Origin: an uncultured Gemmatimonadaceae bacterium
GTDB lineage: Bacteria; Gemmatimonadota; Gemmatimonadetes; Gemmatimonadales; Gemmatimonadaceae
DNA length: 64,000 nucleotides
Direction of reading: 5' to 3'
Assembly: GCA_963740355.1 (NCBI GenBank)
Contig: CAVUDW010000003.1
Span: 1,888,001 to 1,952,000 of the forward strand
Shown here: positions 21,077-31,409 of the stretch, piece by piece
Layout: every line of letters starts with the position of its first letter
How positions within the stretch are numbered: position 1 is the stretch's first letter
Position numbers and translations under genes: made by a program
The notes under the pieces: generated by a model
What the model was told of the DNA's origin: nothing
The model's input: only the letters and a program-made list of their open reading frames with translations
Databases searched by the model: none

Positions 21077-22192
21077 TCAGCCGGCGGCGAGAATCTTCTG
21101 GAGCGTCTCGCCAACGGCGCGCGCGCCTGCAACCACAGCGCCCGCGAGGTACCCCGGCTCGATCGCGCTCGTCTCACTCCCGGCGAGCGCGAGGCGTGCC
21201 TGCCACGGCCCCGACACCCATGGCGCGAGGTCTGCAGCGGGATGCCCAGTCGCCACCCGGTCGGCAGCCGTCGCCGTCAGCGCGTCTGCGGCCCAGTCCT
21301 TGAACAGCGTTGCACGCGGATTCTGCGCCTCGGCGCCGAACAGCCGCGCGAACTGCTCGATGCACGCACGGGTGAGGGCTTCTTCGCCAAGCGCGCTGCG
21401 CTGATCGGCGCTGACACCGAGGAAACCGAAAAGCGCCGCCTGGCCCGACGCCGTGGTTGCGTCGTGTATCTCGGGCATCGGCCCGACCATGCTCTGTGCA
21501 GTGCCCGACAGCCCCGCATCGCGCCAGAAGGGGCGATCGTAGAGGGCGATGAACTTCGCGTGCGGTGCCATCCACGTGGCCGTCTCGCGCCAACGCCGCG
21601 CGGTCGACGCGTGCTGGACGGGCGCGAACACCACGGTGGCTTCGAGCAGTCGAGGCGGCAGTGCCGCGATCACGTGGTCGGCCACCAACGTCTCCTGCCT
21701 GTCACCCATCTCGGTAGCGCGCCGCAGCTCCAGCTCCACACCGTCGCTGCGCAGTGTCATCGCCGTGACTGTGGCGCCCAGCCGAACGGTGCCCTGCGGC
21801 AGGTCGCGGGCGAGCGCGCCCACCAGCGCGGCCGTGCCGCCGGCGATGCGGAAGGAGAGTTGCTCCTGCTCGGTGCCAGGGTACCGTTGCGGCCCCTCAC
21901 GCGACATCCGCTCGAAGATCACGTCACCGCTGGTGGTCTGCGCGAAGGCGGGAAGGCCAAGCTCCGCGATCAGCGCAGCGATGGCCGGTTGCATGCGAGG
22001 CCAGTACCACGAGGGGCCGAGATCGAATCCGTCCTCAGCCGGTTGACCCGCCGCGTCCACGGAGAGAATTCGGCCCCCGAGTCGAGCCCGGGCCTCGAGC
22101 ACCACGCACTCGACGTTCGCCGCGCGTAGCAACCGAGCGGCGTGAAGGCCGGCGAGACCGGCACCGACAATGGCAACTTGCGTTCGTGTCAT
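21077..22192 (-). CDS. flavin monoamine oxidase family FAD-dependent oxidoreductase
   Basis: IVGAGLAGL, LEARARLGGR, AGSET...GYLAGA. Confidence 0.9.
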   Translation of the reverse strand: MTRTQVAIVGAGLAGLHAARLLRAANVECVVLEARARLGGRILSVDAAGQPAEDGFDLGPSWYWPRMQPAIAALIAELGLPAFAQTTSGDVIFERMSREGPQRYPGTEQEQLSFRIAGGTAALVGALARDLPQGTVRLGATVTAMTLRSDGVELELRRATEMGDRQETLVADHVIAALPPRLLEATVVFAPVQHASTARRWRETATWMAPHAKFIALYDRPFWRDAGLSGTAQSMVGPMPEIHDATTASGQAALFGFLGVSADQRSALGEEALTRACIEQFARLFGAEAQNPRATLFKDWAADALTATAADRVATGHPAADLAPWVSGPWQARLALAGSETSAIEPGYLAGAVVAGARAVGETLQKILAAG

Positions 22193-22331
22193 CCCGGCAA
22201 GGTATCGCGATCGAACATCCTCACGATCGACAGCGCTTGCGGCGTGCTATGTTCTCGGCGCGCGGCGTGCAGGTGGATCCACTCAACCGCGCACGGCAGG
22301 TGCAGTTCGTCCCGAACCTAGAGTCTAGCCC

Positions 22332-23000
22332 GTGTCCGATCCGACGTTTGTCCGCCTTGCGACATACCAGGAATATCCACCGGACGAGATGGCCCGGCGG
22401 GCCGCGGAGTTCTACCAGGAAGCGGATCGCAGACGCTCAGTGCGCGCGTTTTCCGACCGCCCCGTACCGCGCGCCATCATCGAGGATTGCCTCCGGACCG
22501 CCGGCACCGCGCCGAGTGGCGCTCACCTGCAACCGTGGCGTTTCGTGGTGGTGAGCGACCCTGTGAAGAAGCATGACATCCGGCTCGCCGCCGAGCGCGA
22601 GGAACACGACTTCTACGCGCACCGCGCTCCGCCGGAGTGGCTGCAGGCGCTGGCACCGCTCGGCACTGACGAGAACAAGTCCTTCCTCGATGTCGCGCCG
22701 TACCTCATCGTCGTGTTTGTGGAGAGTCATGGCTTGCTGGCCGACGGCACGAAGGTGAAGCACTACTATGCCAATGAATCCGTGGGCATCGCAACGGGAA
22801 TGCTCATCTCGGCGCTGCATCACGCCGGCCTCGCGACGCTCACGCACACGCCGAGCCCGATGAGTTTCCTCAACACGATTCTCGACCGGCCGTCGCGCGA
22901 GCGCCCGTTCCTCAACCTGGTAGTCGGGTATCCGGCTGACGGTGTCTGCGTGCCGGACATTCATCGCAAGTCGCTCGACGAGATCGCGACGTTCATCTGA
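22332..23000 (+). CDS. nitroreductase superfamily protein, iodotyrosine deiodinase-like
   Basis: RRRSVR.FS, APSGAH.QPW, AE.EE..FY, LAPLGT...K.FL, YY..ESVGIA.G, THTP. Confidence 0.88.
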   Translation: MSDPTFVRLATYQEYPPDEMARRAAEFYQEADRRRSVRAFSDRPVPRAIIEDCLRTAGTAPSGAHLQPWRFVVVSDPVKKHDIRLAAEREEHDFYAHRAPPEWLQALAPLGTDENKSFLDVAPYLIVVFVESHGLLADGTKVKHYYANESVGIATGMLISALHHAGLATLTHTPSPMSFLNTILDRPSRERPFLNLVVGYPADGVCVPDIHRKSLDEIATFI

Positions 23001-23386
23001 CGCTGCGACGGGGTCGCTGTCGGCTGTGCGTCAGCGAGCAGCGCGACCTCCGAGAAGACCACGCCCTGATTCTTGCCGAACACCTTGGCGCAGCGCGGTC
23101 AGGTGGCCTAGTAAAAGAGATGCCGCTTCGTCTCGTAATTGGTGGGCGCTTCACACCTGTCGGAAACAAGTGACAACGTGTCGCATGCTTGATGGGCGTC
23201 ACGTCATCGCGCAGGGAGTGTGCCGCAGAGGGCGCCCGCAGAACTGGCGTGTCGTGGCGCGGTAAGTCATTGCGCTCACGTGTGTTACGAGGCCAGCGAG
23301 CACGCATGAGGCGTGGCCATGGTTTTGGTATACGACTCGCTGGTGGTATGTCGCATCCCGTTCGCCGCCACCGTCGAATCGCCGCC

Positions 23387-24196
23387 ATGCCGACCTGCGC
23401 CCCTTCCCGCTTCCTCCGCCACATTGCCTCGCTCGCCGCGCTCCTCGTCGGCACCACCGCCCAGGCGCAGATCAGCCTCGACCGACGGGAATTGGTCCTC
23501 CGCCCCGACAGCTCGGCGCAACGCAGCGGGGTGATGATCGTGCGGAACACCGGCCGGTCGCAGACGGAGGCGGTGATTCGCGTCGGGGACTGGGATCGCG
23601 GCGCCAATGGCGAACATCGCTTCTACGATGCCGGCACGCAGCCTGGCAGCTGTGCCAGCGTCCTCTCGATCGCGCCGCTCGAATTCACCCTCGCCCCCGG
23701 TGAGAGCCGCGCCGTGCAGGTCGGCGTCGACGGCGTGGTCAACTCGGCCTGCTGGAGCCTGGTGTTCGTGGAGACGGTGGAACGGGTGCCCGACGAGAGT
23801 GGGAAGTTGGTCCTGGCCGCCGTGCGAGTCGGCCTGAAGGTGTACGCCGAGCCGTCGGACTCGCGTGCGCTGGGCGAGGTGAGTGAGGTCGAACTGGAAA
23901 CCTCGGAAGCGTCGCACACCGGAACGCCCGTTCGTGGGTCGATGCTCGCTGCCGTGACGTTCCGCAACACTGGTGAGCGGCACCTGCGCGGCGAAGGTCG
24001 CGTCGAGATCCTACGCGCCGATGACAGTGTGATCACGTCGCTCCCATTGCCCGACCTGCAGACACTGCCAGGCGCCACGATGACGGCGCGGGTCGCATTG
24101 CCGGCGACGCTGAAGGGCACATATCGGCTGCGTGCCGTCGTGAACTATGGTGGGTCGAGTGTTGCGGCAGCGGAGCGCGAGGCGGCGATTCCCTAG
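23387..24196 (+). CDS. PapD-like fimbrial chaperone domain protein
   Basis: Signal peptide, VRNTG, SC..LSIAP.EFTLAPGE, KVY, FRNTGE.H. Confidence 0.7.
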   Translation: MPTCAPSRFLRHIASLAALLVGTTAQAQISLDRRELVLRPDSSAQRSGVMIVRNTGRSQTEAVIRVGDWDRGANGEHRFYDAGTQPGSCASVLSIAPLEFTLAPGESRAVQVGVDGVVNSACWSLVFVETVERVPDESGKLVLAAVRVGLKVYAEPSDSRALGEVSEVELETSEASHTGTPVRGSMLAAVTFRNTGERHLRGEGRVEILRADDSVITSLPLPDLQTLPGATMTARVALPATLKGTYRLRAVVNYGGSSVAAAEREAAIP

Positions 24197-24912
24197 CTCG
24201 CGCGAGGCGGACTCAAGCTCCCCATCACGAGCTCGAAGGCGGCCTGCAGTCGCCGTTCCGCTTCTGCCGGCTGCACGCCCCATTGCGCCAGATGTCCGTC
24301 GACGTGCATGCGTGCGAGGCCATACACGAGCGCGCGGGCTGCGAGCGGCACGAGTGTCTCGTCGAGCTGGCGCAGCATTCCGCGCTGTCGCGCTTCGTCG
24401 AGCAGGTCGTTCATCAGTCCCTGGATCTCCGCATTGTGGCGACGGAAGATCTCCGAGCCGTCGAGGTCGATGAGACTTCGGTCGGAGACCACGCGGAAGT
24501 GCATCGGATTGCCGAGTGCCCAGCGCAGGTAGGCGGTACCCACGGCGCGAAAACGGTCCAGAGGGTCGTTGGGATTGGCTTCCTTCTGCGCTTTTTCGAT
24601 TTCCGCGCTGAAACGGCCAATCGCCTCTTCAGCCACTGCCGTGAGCAGCGCCCGCTTGGTGGGGAAATGACGGAACGGGGCGCCAGACGAGACGCCGACG
24701 CGCTTCCCGGCCTCTCGCACCGTGACGCTTTCCGGGCCGCCTTCCTCGAGCAGCTGCAGCGTCGCCTCGATCAGGGCCTCGCGCAGGCGCCCGTGATGGT
24801 AGGGCTTCCGGCGCCCGGCGCTGGTTGACTCACCATCGCCAGCTGATACCTGCGGCTCGGCGTCCGGCATCGGCTCTGTCGTTGGGCGCTCTGGATCATC
24901 TGCTCGATTCAT
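24193..24912 (-). CDS. TetR family regulator (WHG-type C-terminal domain)
   Basis: YHHG.LREALI, VTVREA...GVSSGAPFRHF. Confidence 0.92.
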   Translation of the reverse strand: MNRADDPERPTTEPMPDAEPQVSAGDGESTSAGRRKPYHHGRLREALIEATLQLLEEGGPESVTVREAGKRVGVSSGAPFRHFPTKRALLTAVAEEAIGRFSAEIEKAQKEANPNDPLDRFRAVGTAYLRWALGNPMHFRVVSDRSLIDLDGSEIFRRHNAEIQGLMNDLLDEARQRGMLRQLDETLVPLAARALVYGLARMHVDGHLAQWGVQPAEAERRLQAAFELVMGSLSPPRAS

Positions 24913-24941
24913 CCTCCAAGAGTAGCCGTTGCCAGCGCCAG

Positions 24942-25025
24942 ATGTAAGCCACGCTCACTTGCCTATTGACTTGCGCGGAGCACCATGTAAGCATTGCTCA
25001 CACTAAATGTAATCAATACTTACTT
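24942..25025. promoter_or_regulatory. three TetR-type operator palindromes
   Basis: ATGTAAGCCACGCTCACTT (24942), ATGTAAGCATTGCTCACAC (24985), ATGTAATCAATACTTACTT (25007); TTGACT at 24966. Confidence 0.75.
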
Positions 25026-25039
25026 TTCTGGAGATTCCG

Positions 25040-25765
25040 ATGCCTTCCCTGCTCCTGGCTCCGCACCTGCGCACCCTCCCGTTCGTCGCCCTCGCACTGG
25101 CATCCGTCGTCCGGGGTCAGGCGCCGGCCAGTGCTCAGACCACTCCGAGTTCAGCGGCGGTTTCGCCGCGCCTCAGCATCGAGTCGCCGACCGCTGACAC
25201 TCTGGAAACGCCTAGCGCACTCGCGCCGCGTTCGCGGTGGGCGCTTCGCCTGCCGAGCGGCGCGCTGGTGTCGACCGGTGCGCAGCGAGGGGTGGTGAAG
25301 GACGGCGCGTTGACCGCTGTGCAGCTCGCGTATGCCGTGCACCCGCGGCTTGCGGTGACAGCGACACTTGGCTGGGCACGGAGTCGGGACATCGCCACCG
25401 CCAATGACCCGAAGCTCGATGTCTTTACCTACGATGCTGGCATCGAGGCGAAGGCACCGCAGTGGTTTGCCGGCACGGCATTCGCCGTCAGTCCATTCGC
25501 CGGCGCCGGCGTTGGCGCGCGGAGCTACAACTATCGAACGCTCGAACTCGACGCCACACACAACGTTGCCGGATACGGCAGCATCGGTGGCGAAGCCGGC
25601 ATGGGACGTGTGCGTGTGCGCCTCGAGGTGCGCGACTACGTGGCAGGCTTCAAGCCACTCAGCGGCATCGGCGCGTCGAGTACCCACAACGATGTGGTCG
25701 CGATGTTTGGGATCAGCTTCGCGCGGCACGCCGCAACCGGTGCTGCGCGGCGCGCCAGCGAATGA
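25040..25765 (+). CDS. outer-membrane beta-barrel protein
   Basis: Signal peptide, SPFAGAGVG, RLEVRDY amphipathic strands. Confidence 0.75.
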   Translation: MPSLLLAPHLRTLPFVALALASVVRGQAPASAQTTPSSAAVSPRLSIESPTADTLETPSALAPRSRWALRLPSGALVSTGAQRGVVKDGALTAVQLAYAVHPRLAVTATLGWARSRDIATANDPKLDVFTYDAGIEAKAPQWFAGTAFAVSPFAGAGVGARSYNYRTLELDATHNVAGYGSIGGEAGMGRVRVRLEVRDYVAGFKPLSGIGASSTHNDVVAMFGISFARHAATGAARRASE

Positions 25766-26418
25766 CACACGCCACACGTTCCGAGTGGCGCAATTCCGCG
25801 GCGCTGATCGCGCTCAGCCTCGTTCCTGCGGCGGCGGGAACGGTGCGGTTGGCGGAACTGGCACAGGGCGCCGAAATCACCGCTGCAAACGCGCGATTCT
25901 TCGCATCGCCGCTGCCGGTGCTGCTGCATGTACCGGCCGTGATCGTCTACAGCATGCTTGGCGCCCTGCAATTCGCTCCCACGTTTCGACAAGGTCACCG
26001 AACCTGGCATCGCGCGGCTGGTCGAGTGGTGGTCGTGTGCGGCCTTATCGCCGTGCTGTCAGGATTGTGGATGACACTTTCCTACCCGTGGCCCGTAGGC
26101 GACGGTGCGGCGTTGTACATCGAGCGGCTGACGTTCGGGTCAGCGATGCTGCTGTCGCTCCTGATGGCACTCGATGCGATCCGCCGTCGGACCTTTGCCG
26201 CGCATGGCGAATGGATGATTCGCGCCTATGCAATCGGCATGGGCGCGGGCACGCAGGTGCTGACACACCTGCCGTACTACCTGCTCGTGGGCACGCCGGA
26301 TGAATCAACTCGCGCGATGCTGATGGGTGCGGGCTGGGTGATCAACGTCGTGTTTGCGGAATGGATCATCCGCCGGCCACGTGCCCGACGAGCGACGGTG
26401 TACGCAGCACCGGTGTGA
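25762..26418 (+). CDS. DUF2306-like membrane protein
   Basis: LLH, WHR..GR, H..WMIRAYA, GWVIN..FAEW; ATGA overlap with upstream gene. Confidence 0.85.
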   Translation: MTHATRSEWRNSAALIALSLVPAAAGTVRLAELAQGAEITAANARFFASPLPVLLHVPAVIVYSMLGALQFAPTFRQGHRTWHRAAGRVVVVCGLIAVLSGLWMTLSYPWPVGDGAALYIERLTFGSAMLLSLLMALDAIRRRTFAAHGEWMIRAYAIGMGAGTQVLTHLPYYLLVGTPDESTRAMLMGAGWVINVVFAEWIIRRPRARRATVYAAPV

Positions 26419-26498
26419 CGATGAACGGCGCCGCAGCCATCAGGCGCCGAGAGATCCTGATTGGCACCAGTCCGTTCACCTGTCGTCGAGACGCCGCC

Positions 26499-27884
26499 AT
26501 GAAGTTCCGATTCCTGTTGCTCGCACCGCTGCTGGATGCTGCCTTGCCACTGCAAAGTGCCGCGCAGACAGCCACTACCACAGCGGCCGCACCGAAGGCG
26601 ACGACGCGGTTGGCGACGCGTGTACCTCCATCGGGCGGCGTCCACACAATTCCCCGAACGCCCGCCGGCAACGCGCTGCGCGCCTGGATCGAGGCATTCA
26701 ACAGTGCCGACTCCGTGCGCATCAACGCGTATGCCAAACGCTTCGAGCGGGACGTCATCGTGGGCGATGAGCTTGGCTTTCGCGAGCAGACCGGTGGCTT
26801 CGACGTGGTCAGCATCGAGCGGAGCGACCGACACCACATCGAGTTCATCGTGCGCGAGCGAAAGAGCCCGATGACGGCCTTCGGCGCGATCGACATGTCA
26901 GCACAAGCGCCTGCGAGGGTCGCGTCGCGCCGTTTTCAGCCGCTCGGACCGAACGTCGTTGCGGCAGCGCTGCTGATCGACGAGGCCGCGAGGGCGCGTA
27001 CGATCTCGGCCGCGGCGGCACTTCTCGACACCTTCTACGTTGCGCCGGACGTAGCACAGCGCGCCGGGGACACACTGCGAGCGAGGAGCGCACGCGGCCG
27101 ATATCGCCGCCACCGGAACGGCGTCGCGTTCGCGATGCAGCTCGACGACGATCTGGCAGAACTGACGCGCGACAAGCACCTGCACCTGATGTACAGCGTG
27201 CCGGTACTTCCGACGGATGCCCCCGCGACCACCATGCGCTCGATGGACGAGGCGCGGCGTGAGAAGGAGCGGTTGCTGGCCATCAAGTGCGGCTTCGAGA
27301 AGGTCGAGGTCCTGCCCGGCAATGTCGGCTACATCAAGCTCGACATGTTCGCCGATCCCGAGTTCTGTGGAGCCACGGCAGCCACGGCGATGGCGGTCGT
27401 CACCGAGACGCGCGCGCTCATACTCGACCTGCGTGACAACGGTGGCGGCGAGCCGTCGATGGTCGCCAACATGGCGTCGTATCTCTTTGACACGCGCACA
27501 CACCTCAACGATCTCTGGACGCGGCGCACTGGCGCAACGGAGCAATTCTGGACTCGCGACAGCGTCGCAGGGCAGCGCCTTGGTGGCACGAAGCCAGTGT
27601 ACGTCCTGACGTCATCGCGCACCTTTTCCGGTGGCGAGGAATTCACATACGACCTGCAGCAGTTGAAGCGCGCGACTGTCGTCGGCGAGACCACCGGCGG
27701 TGGTGCGCACCCGATGGCGAGCCACCGCATCGACGATCATTTCCTGATCTCCGTTCCGTTTGCGCGCCCGGTCAACCCGGTGACGCAGACGAACTGGGAA
27801 GGAGTGGGCGTTGCGCCGGACGTGAAGGTTCCGGCAGACGACGCGCTCGTAGCGGCGCTGCGGCTGATCGGAGTTCGTCCCTGA
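26499..27884 (+). CDS. S41 family peptidase
   Basis: D.HL, GNVGYI, LDLRDNGGG, TFSGGEE, VGETTGGGAHP, WEGVGV.PD. Confidence 0.92.
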   Translation: MKFRFLLLAPLLDAALPLQSAAQTATTTAAAPKATTRLATRVPPSGGVHTIPRTPAGNALRAWIEAFNSADSVRINAYAKRFERDVIVGDELGFREQTGGFDVVSIERSDRHHIEFIVRERKSPMTAFGAIDMSAQAPARVASRRFQPLGPNVVAAALLIDEAARARTISAAAALLDTFYVAPDVAQRAGDTLRARSARGRYRRHRNGVAFAMQLDDDLAELTRDKHLHLMYSVPVLPTDAPATTMRSMDEARREKERLLAIKCGFEKVEVLPGNVGYIKLDMFADPEFCGATAATAMAVVTETRALILDLRDNGGGEPSMVANMASYLFDTRTHLNDLWTRRTGATEQFWTRDSVAGQRLGGTKPVYVLTSSRTFSGGEEFTYDLQQLKRATVVGETTGGGAHPMASHRIDDHFLISVPFARPVNPVTQTNWEGVGVAPDVKVPADDALVAALRLIGVRP

Positions 27885-27961
27885 TTGGCGTGTCGCTGAC
27901 TGCTTGATGCACCGACGACCCGCTCTCCCGCCGATCGAGCACCTACCGCGTCGGACGTCAG

Positions 27962-28735
27962 CTACTCAGGGGTGGATTGGGCTCGGCGCTGCAACGCGAT
28001 GCGCAGCGCCTTTGCCTCATCCCACACATCGCGAATCACCGCATTCGCGTCCGCGCCTCCTGGCGTGGCGTTTCCATGTCCCTCGCGCAGTGCGGGCGTC
28101 ATGGCGCGCGGCGGCATGAGAGCGGCGCGCACATCATCCGGATCGCCCAGCCCCGTGCTGCGAAGACTGCGCAGCCGGTCGAGGATGAGGTCACGCACTT
28201 CCTGCGCATTTGCCAATCCGCGCAGTCGAGCACAGTGCTGCGCCCCGCCATGCTCGGCAGAGCCACCGCCCGCCGTCTCGATTTCCACCGTCGAAAAGCC
28301 GAAGAACCGCTCCAACGGTCCCTGCGTGACGCGCACGTTCTGCGCATTTGCAAAGGTGAGCGTGATTTCCTTCGTGTTCCAGACACCCTCGCGGATCATC
28401 AGGCTGCGATCGGTGATCACGTACCATCGCAGTTCGTAATCGAGCCGCATGGTGACGTAGAGCGTCGCCGCCTTCGCAATCGCAACCAGCACCAGTGGAA
28501 TCACCAGCAGCAGGAGTCGCACATCGGCGACCAGCAGCAGCGAGCTGACGACGGTGACCGCCAGAGCCCACGCGGCGGCGTACAGACTCCACTCGAACAG
28601 CTTCAATCGCAAGAATCCGGGGTGTGCGCGCTCGACTCGGAGCGAGTCGTGTGGATCGTGCCCAGCCGGGGGGTGCGGCTCGCTCCCCTCGATACGGAGG
28701 AGCGGCAGGATGATCCCCTTCAGCCACTCATACAT
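27962..28735 (-). CDS. bacterial PH domain membrane protein
   Basis: Two TMs then YVITDRSL.IREG...QNVRVTQGPLERFFG..VEIETAGG. Confidence 0.85.
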   Translation of the reverse strand: MYEWLKGIILPLLRIEGSEPHPPAGHDPHDSLRVERAHPGFLRLKLFEWSLYAAAWALAVTVVSSLLLVADVRLLLLVIPLVLVAIAKAATLYVTMRLDYELRWYVITDRSLMIREGVWNTKEITLTFANAQNVRVTQGPLERFFGFSTVEIETAGGGSAEHGGAQHCARLRGLANAQEVRDLILDRLRSLRSTGLGDPDDVRAALMPPRAMTPALREGHGNATPGGADANAVIRDVWDEAKALRIALQRRAQSTPE

Positions 28736-29354
28736 CAGGCCCACCGGGTGACTGCGCCTCGAGCAGCAGGCGCACGGCGCGCAACTCATCACGAATCCCA
28801 GCCAATGCGTCCACCGCCAGTGCGTCGGTGCTCGCCGGAAGGGCCGCAGTCGGCCGATCTCCGCTGATCCCAGGAGCTGACTGCGACGTATCGCGATGCC
28901 CACGCATGCGCGCGTAGAGGTAATTCCGCACATCCTGGTACGCGGTCAATCCGGGGATCGACTCCGTCGCAGCGGAACTGCCTGACGCTGTCTGGATTTG
29001 CACCGTCCCGATACCGAGCCAGCGCTCGAAGATGTTGCGCGTGACGTGAATATCCTGGATGCGCGCGTACGTGAGGTAGGTCTCGCGACGCCAGAACAGG
29101 CCGTGTGACACCGAGACGCCCTCATCATCGAACCGGAATCGCAATGTGCGATACATGAAGTAGGACGGCACGAGGACGCCAAGGAACGCCACATTCGCCA
29201 GTACCGAATAGATCAGGTACAACTTCCACAGTTGCGGATCCGGCCGCGTGATCTCCTGAACCTGCGTCGCGGCAACCGGCCGCAGGTGCGCATCGCCATC
29301 GGGGAGCATCGACACCTCTGGAAGTCCATTGCCGCCGTTTGCACGGGGCGCCAC
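28728..29354 (-). CDS. bacterial PH domain membrane protein
   Basis: FDDEGVSVSHG...YARIQDI....FERWLGIGTVQIQTASG; overlaps paralogue. Confidence 0.85.
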   Translation of the reverse strand: MAPRANGGNGLPEVSMLPDGDAHLRPVAATQVQEITRPDPQLWKLYLIYSVLANVAFLGVLVPSYFMYRTLRFRFDDEGVSVSHGLFWRRETYLTYARIQDIHVTRNIFERWLGIGTVQIQTASGSSAATESIPGLTAYQDVRNYLYARMRGHRDTSQSAPGISGDRPTAALPASTDALAVDALAGIRDELRAVRLLLEAQSPGGPDV

Positions 29355-29408
29355 GCGTCACGGCCCGGGGCCGCGCGCTTCGCTCATCGCATGCTAGTGC
29401 TCGGCGAG

Positions 29409-29639
29409 TTACGAGGACAGGTGCGACGGCCGTTCCCGATTGCGCGAGTCCGACTGATCGGGCAGTTCCTGCGGTCCGTGGACTAGGTCAGGCAGGTCGC
29501 TGAAGGTGCGCCGATCGCTCTTCGGCCTGCCGAGACGCACAAACGCAAACAAGGCCATCACGAGCAATACACAGGTTCCGACGGCGAAAGCCGAGGCGGC
29601 CAGCTTCACGAACGTTGGAGATCGCAATACGTCGAGCAT
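29409..29639 (-). CDS. small single-TM hypothetical protein
   Basis: 76 aa ORF with one TM helix, co-oriented upstream of the PH genes. Confidence 0.45.
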   Translation of the reverse strand: MLDVLRSPTFVKLAASAFAVGTCVLLVMALFAFVRLGRPKSDRRTFSDLPDLVHGPQELPDQSDSRNRERPSHLSS

Positions 29640-29863
29640 GATCAGTGATCAGGGGATGGACTTGGCGGCGCAATCGGACTGCCACCACGCGACTCATGAT
29701 CGCGTTGCGATCATGACTCCACTACATTGAACCACTGAGTCACACCAACGGTTTCATGCGGCGCGACGCAAGAGCCGCTGGCGCACGCCTTGCTCACGTA
29801 ACGCCGAGGCTCCTCGTGCGACTCGGCGGATCGTGGCAGCACACGGCGAATCGCCGCAATCAG

Positions 29864-30604
29864 TCAGATTCCGCTGTACCACGCATAACTGCGCGCATTC
29901 GTGCTGATCTTCAGGTCGGCCACCGAATCCGTGACCAACAGCCGTTCGATGAACTTCACGCTCTTGTAGCCGAGCTGACGCGGCACGCGCATGCGAAGCG
30001 GCCCGCCGAACGCCACGGGGAGGATGTCGCCATTCATGCCCCACGTGACGAGCGTCTGTGGGTGCATCGCCTCGTCGATGTCGATGCTGTCGTACCAGCC
30101 GTCGGCCGCGTAGTAGACCACGTATTTCGCCGACGCGCGCATCCCGCACGCCTGCAGCACGGCCGATAGCGGCGTCCCGGTCCATTCGGCCACGTACGAC
30201 CAGCCTTCCTCGCACGTGACGGCGGTGATCTGCGACTTCTGTTCCATGCTTCGCAACGTGTCGATCGAGAGCGGGAGTGGCTTCTCCACCAATCCGCCCA
30301 CATCGAGCTTCCAATTCGCGAAATGTTCTGCCTGGTGACGCGCGAATGCCTCTGTCGGCGCCGCGATCGTGTTGGCGAACGGCTGTGCCGCGATGGCGCT
30401 CCGAGGAAACTCGCGCGCGAGGGCGTTGCGGCCGAAGATTCGGTGAGCCGCGTAATTGAGCGTGTTGCCTGGCGCGAAGAGACCCTCCGCGTCTGGCGGC
30501 ACCAACCCGAATCGCCTGCTCGCGGCAACTGCCGCGCCGCCGAGCGCGGCGACCGCAGCGGTGATGCCGCCGGCCAGCAGGGATCGACGCGTGATGCGAT
30601 TCAT
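29864..30604 (-). CDS. molybdopterin-dependent oxidoreductase (sulfite oxidase/MsrP-like)
   Basis: Tat-like TRRSLL, CEEGWS..WTG, MNG..L...GGPLR..VP.QLGYK.VK. Confidence 0.9.
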   Translation of the reverse strand: MNRITRRSLLAGGITAAVAALGGAAVAASRRFGLVPPDAEGLFAPGNTLNYAAHRIFGRNALAREFPRSAIAAQPFANTIAAPTEAFARHQAEHFANWKLDVGGLVEKPLPLSIDTLRSMEQKSQITAVTCEEGWSYVAEWTGTPLSAVLQACGMRASAKYVVYYAADGWYDSIDIDEAMHPQTLVTWGMNGDILPVAFGGPLRMRVPRQLGYKSVKFIERLLVTDSVADLKISTNARSYAWYSGI

Positions 30605-31377
30605 GGCCGTGCCTCCGCAGCACCCGTGATCATCGCGCGCATCACTCGCCGGAATCCGGCGCGAGCGATCATCATCACGTGCACGATGGTGAACAGCACG
30701 AGGCCGATCGTCGCGATGAAGCGCAGCGTGCGCGCCGATTGGTGACCACCGAGGATGGACACACTCCACGGCAAGACGGCAGTGAACCCCGGCGACATTG
30801 CAAGGCCAGTCCAGATCACCAGCGGGAACAGCACGAACAGCACACCGAGGTACGCCGTCCGCTGCAACACATTGTGTTGACCCGGCACGTGCGTCGCGGC
30901 AGCGGTCGCGCCTCTGGTGTGCTCGGCGATGCTGTCACGAAGCGCTGGCCAGTTGCGGGTGTGTGGCGCAGGGACGAGACGGCGGGCGAAATGACCGGAA
31001 CGGGCGCCAGCGATGAGGTAGGCCGCACCGACGAAGAGCACCAGCCACGCCGACTGGAAGTGGAGCGACCGACTCCAGCCGTTCTGGTCGGGGAGCGTGA
31101 AGTTGTATCCGGTGGGCACCGTGGCGCGCGACGACGGAATCGGAATGGAAAACAGTGTCGGCGTGTTGACGTTGCCGACCTCACCCCAATAGAAGCGCGG
31201 ATGTCCGATGATCAGCTCGATGCCACTGACCACCAGCGCGAGGGTTGCGACGGTGGTCAGCCAGTGCGTGATGCGGACGAAGCGCGGGTGGGCCGGCGCG
31301 GGAGCGCTGGCCTTCACTGCCGCGGCGGGCGCGAGTTCAGGGACCCACGGCGCAGTGTGCGAAGGGACGGGCATCAC
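30601..31377 (-). CDS. cytochrome b/b6 domain membrane protein
   Basis: RITHW, RSLHF, N.LQR, IVHV; coupled to the Mo enzyme gene. Confidence 0.85.
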   Translation of the reverse strand: MMPVPSHTAPWVPELAPAAAVKASAPAPAHPRFVRITHWLTTVATLALVVSGIELIIGHPRFYWGEVGNVNTPTLFSIPIPSSRATVPTGYNFTLPDQNGWSRSLHFQSAWLVLFVGAAYLIAGARSGHFARRLVPAPHTRNWPALRDSIAEHTRGATAAATHVPGQHNVLQRTAYLGVLFVLFPLVIWTGLAMSPGFTAVLPWSVSILGGHQSARTLRFIATIGLVLFTIVHVMMIARAGFRRVMRAMITGAAEARP

Positions 31378-31409
31378 GGTCTGGGCGAAGGGGAGGCGGA
31401 GTTCGGAAC

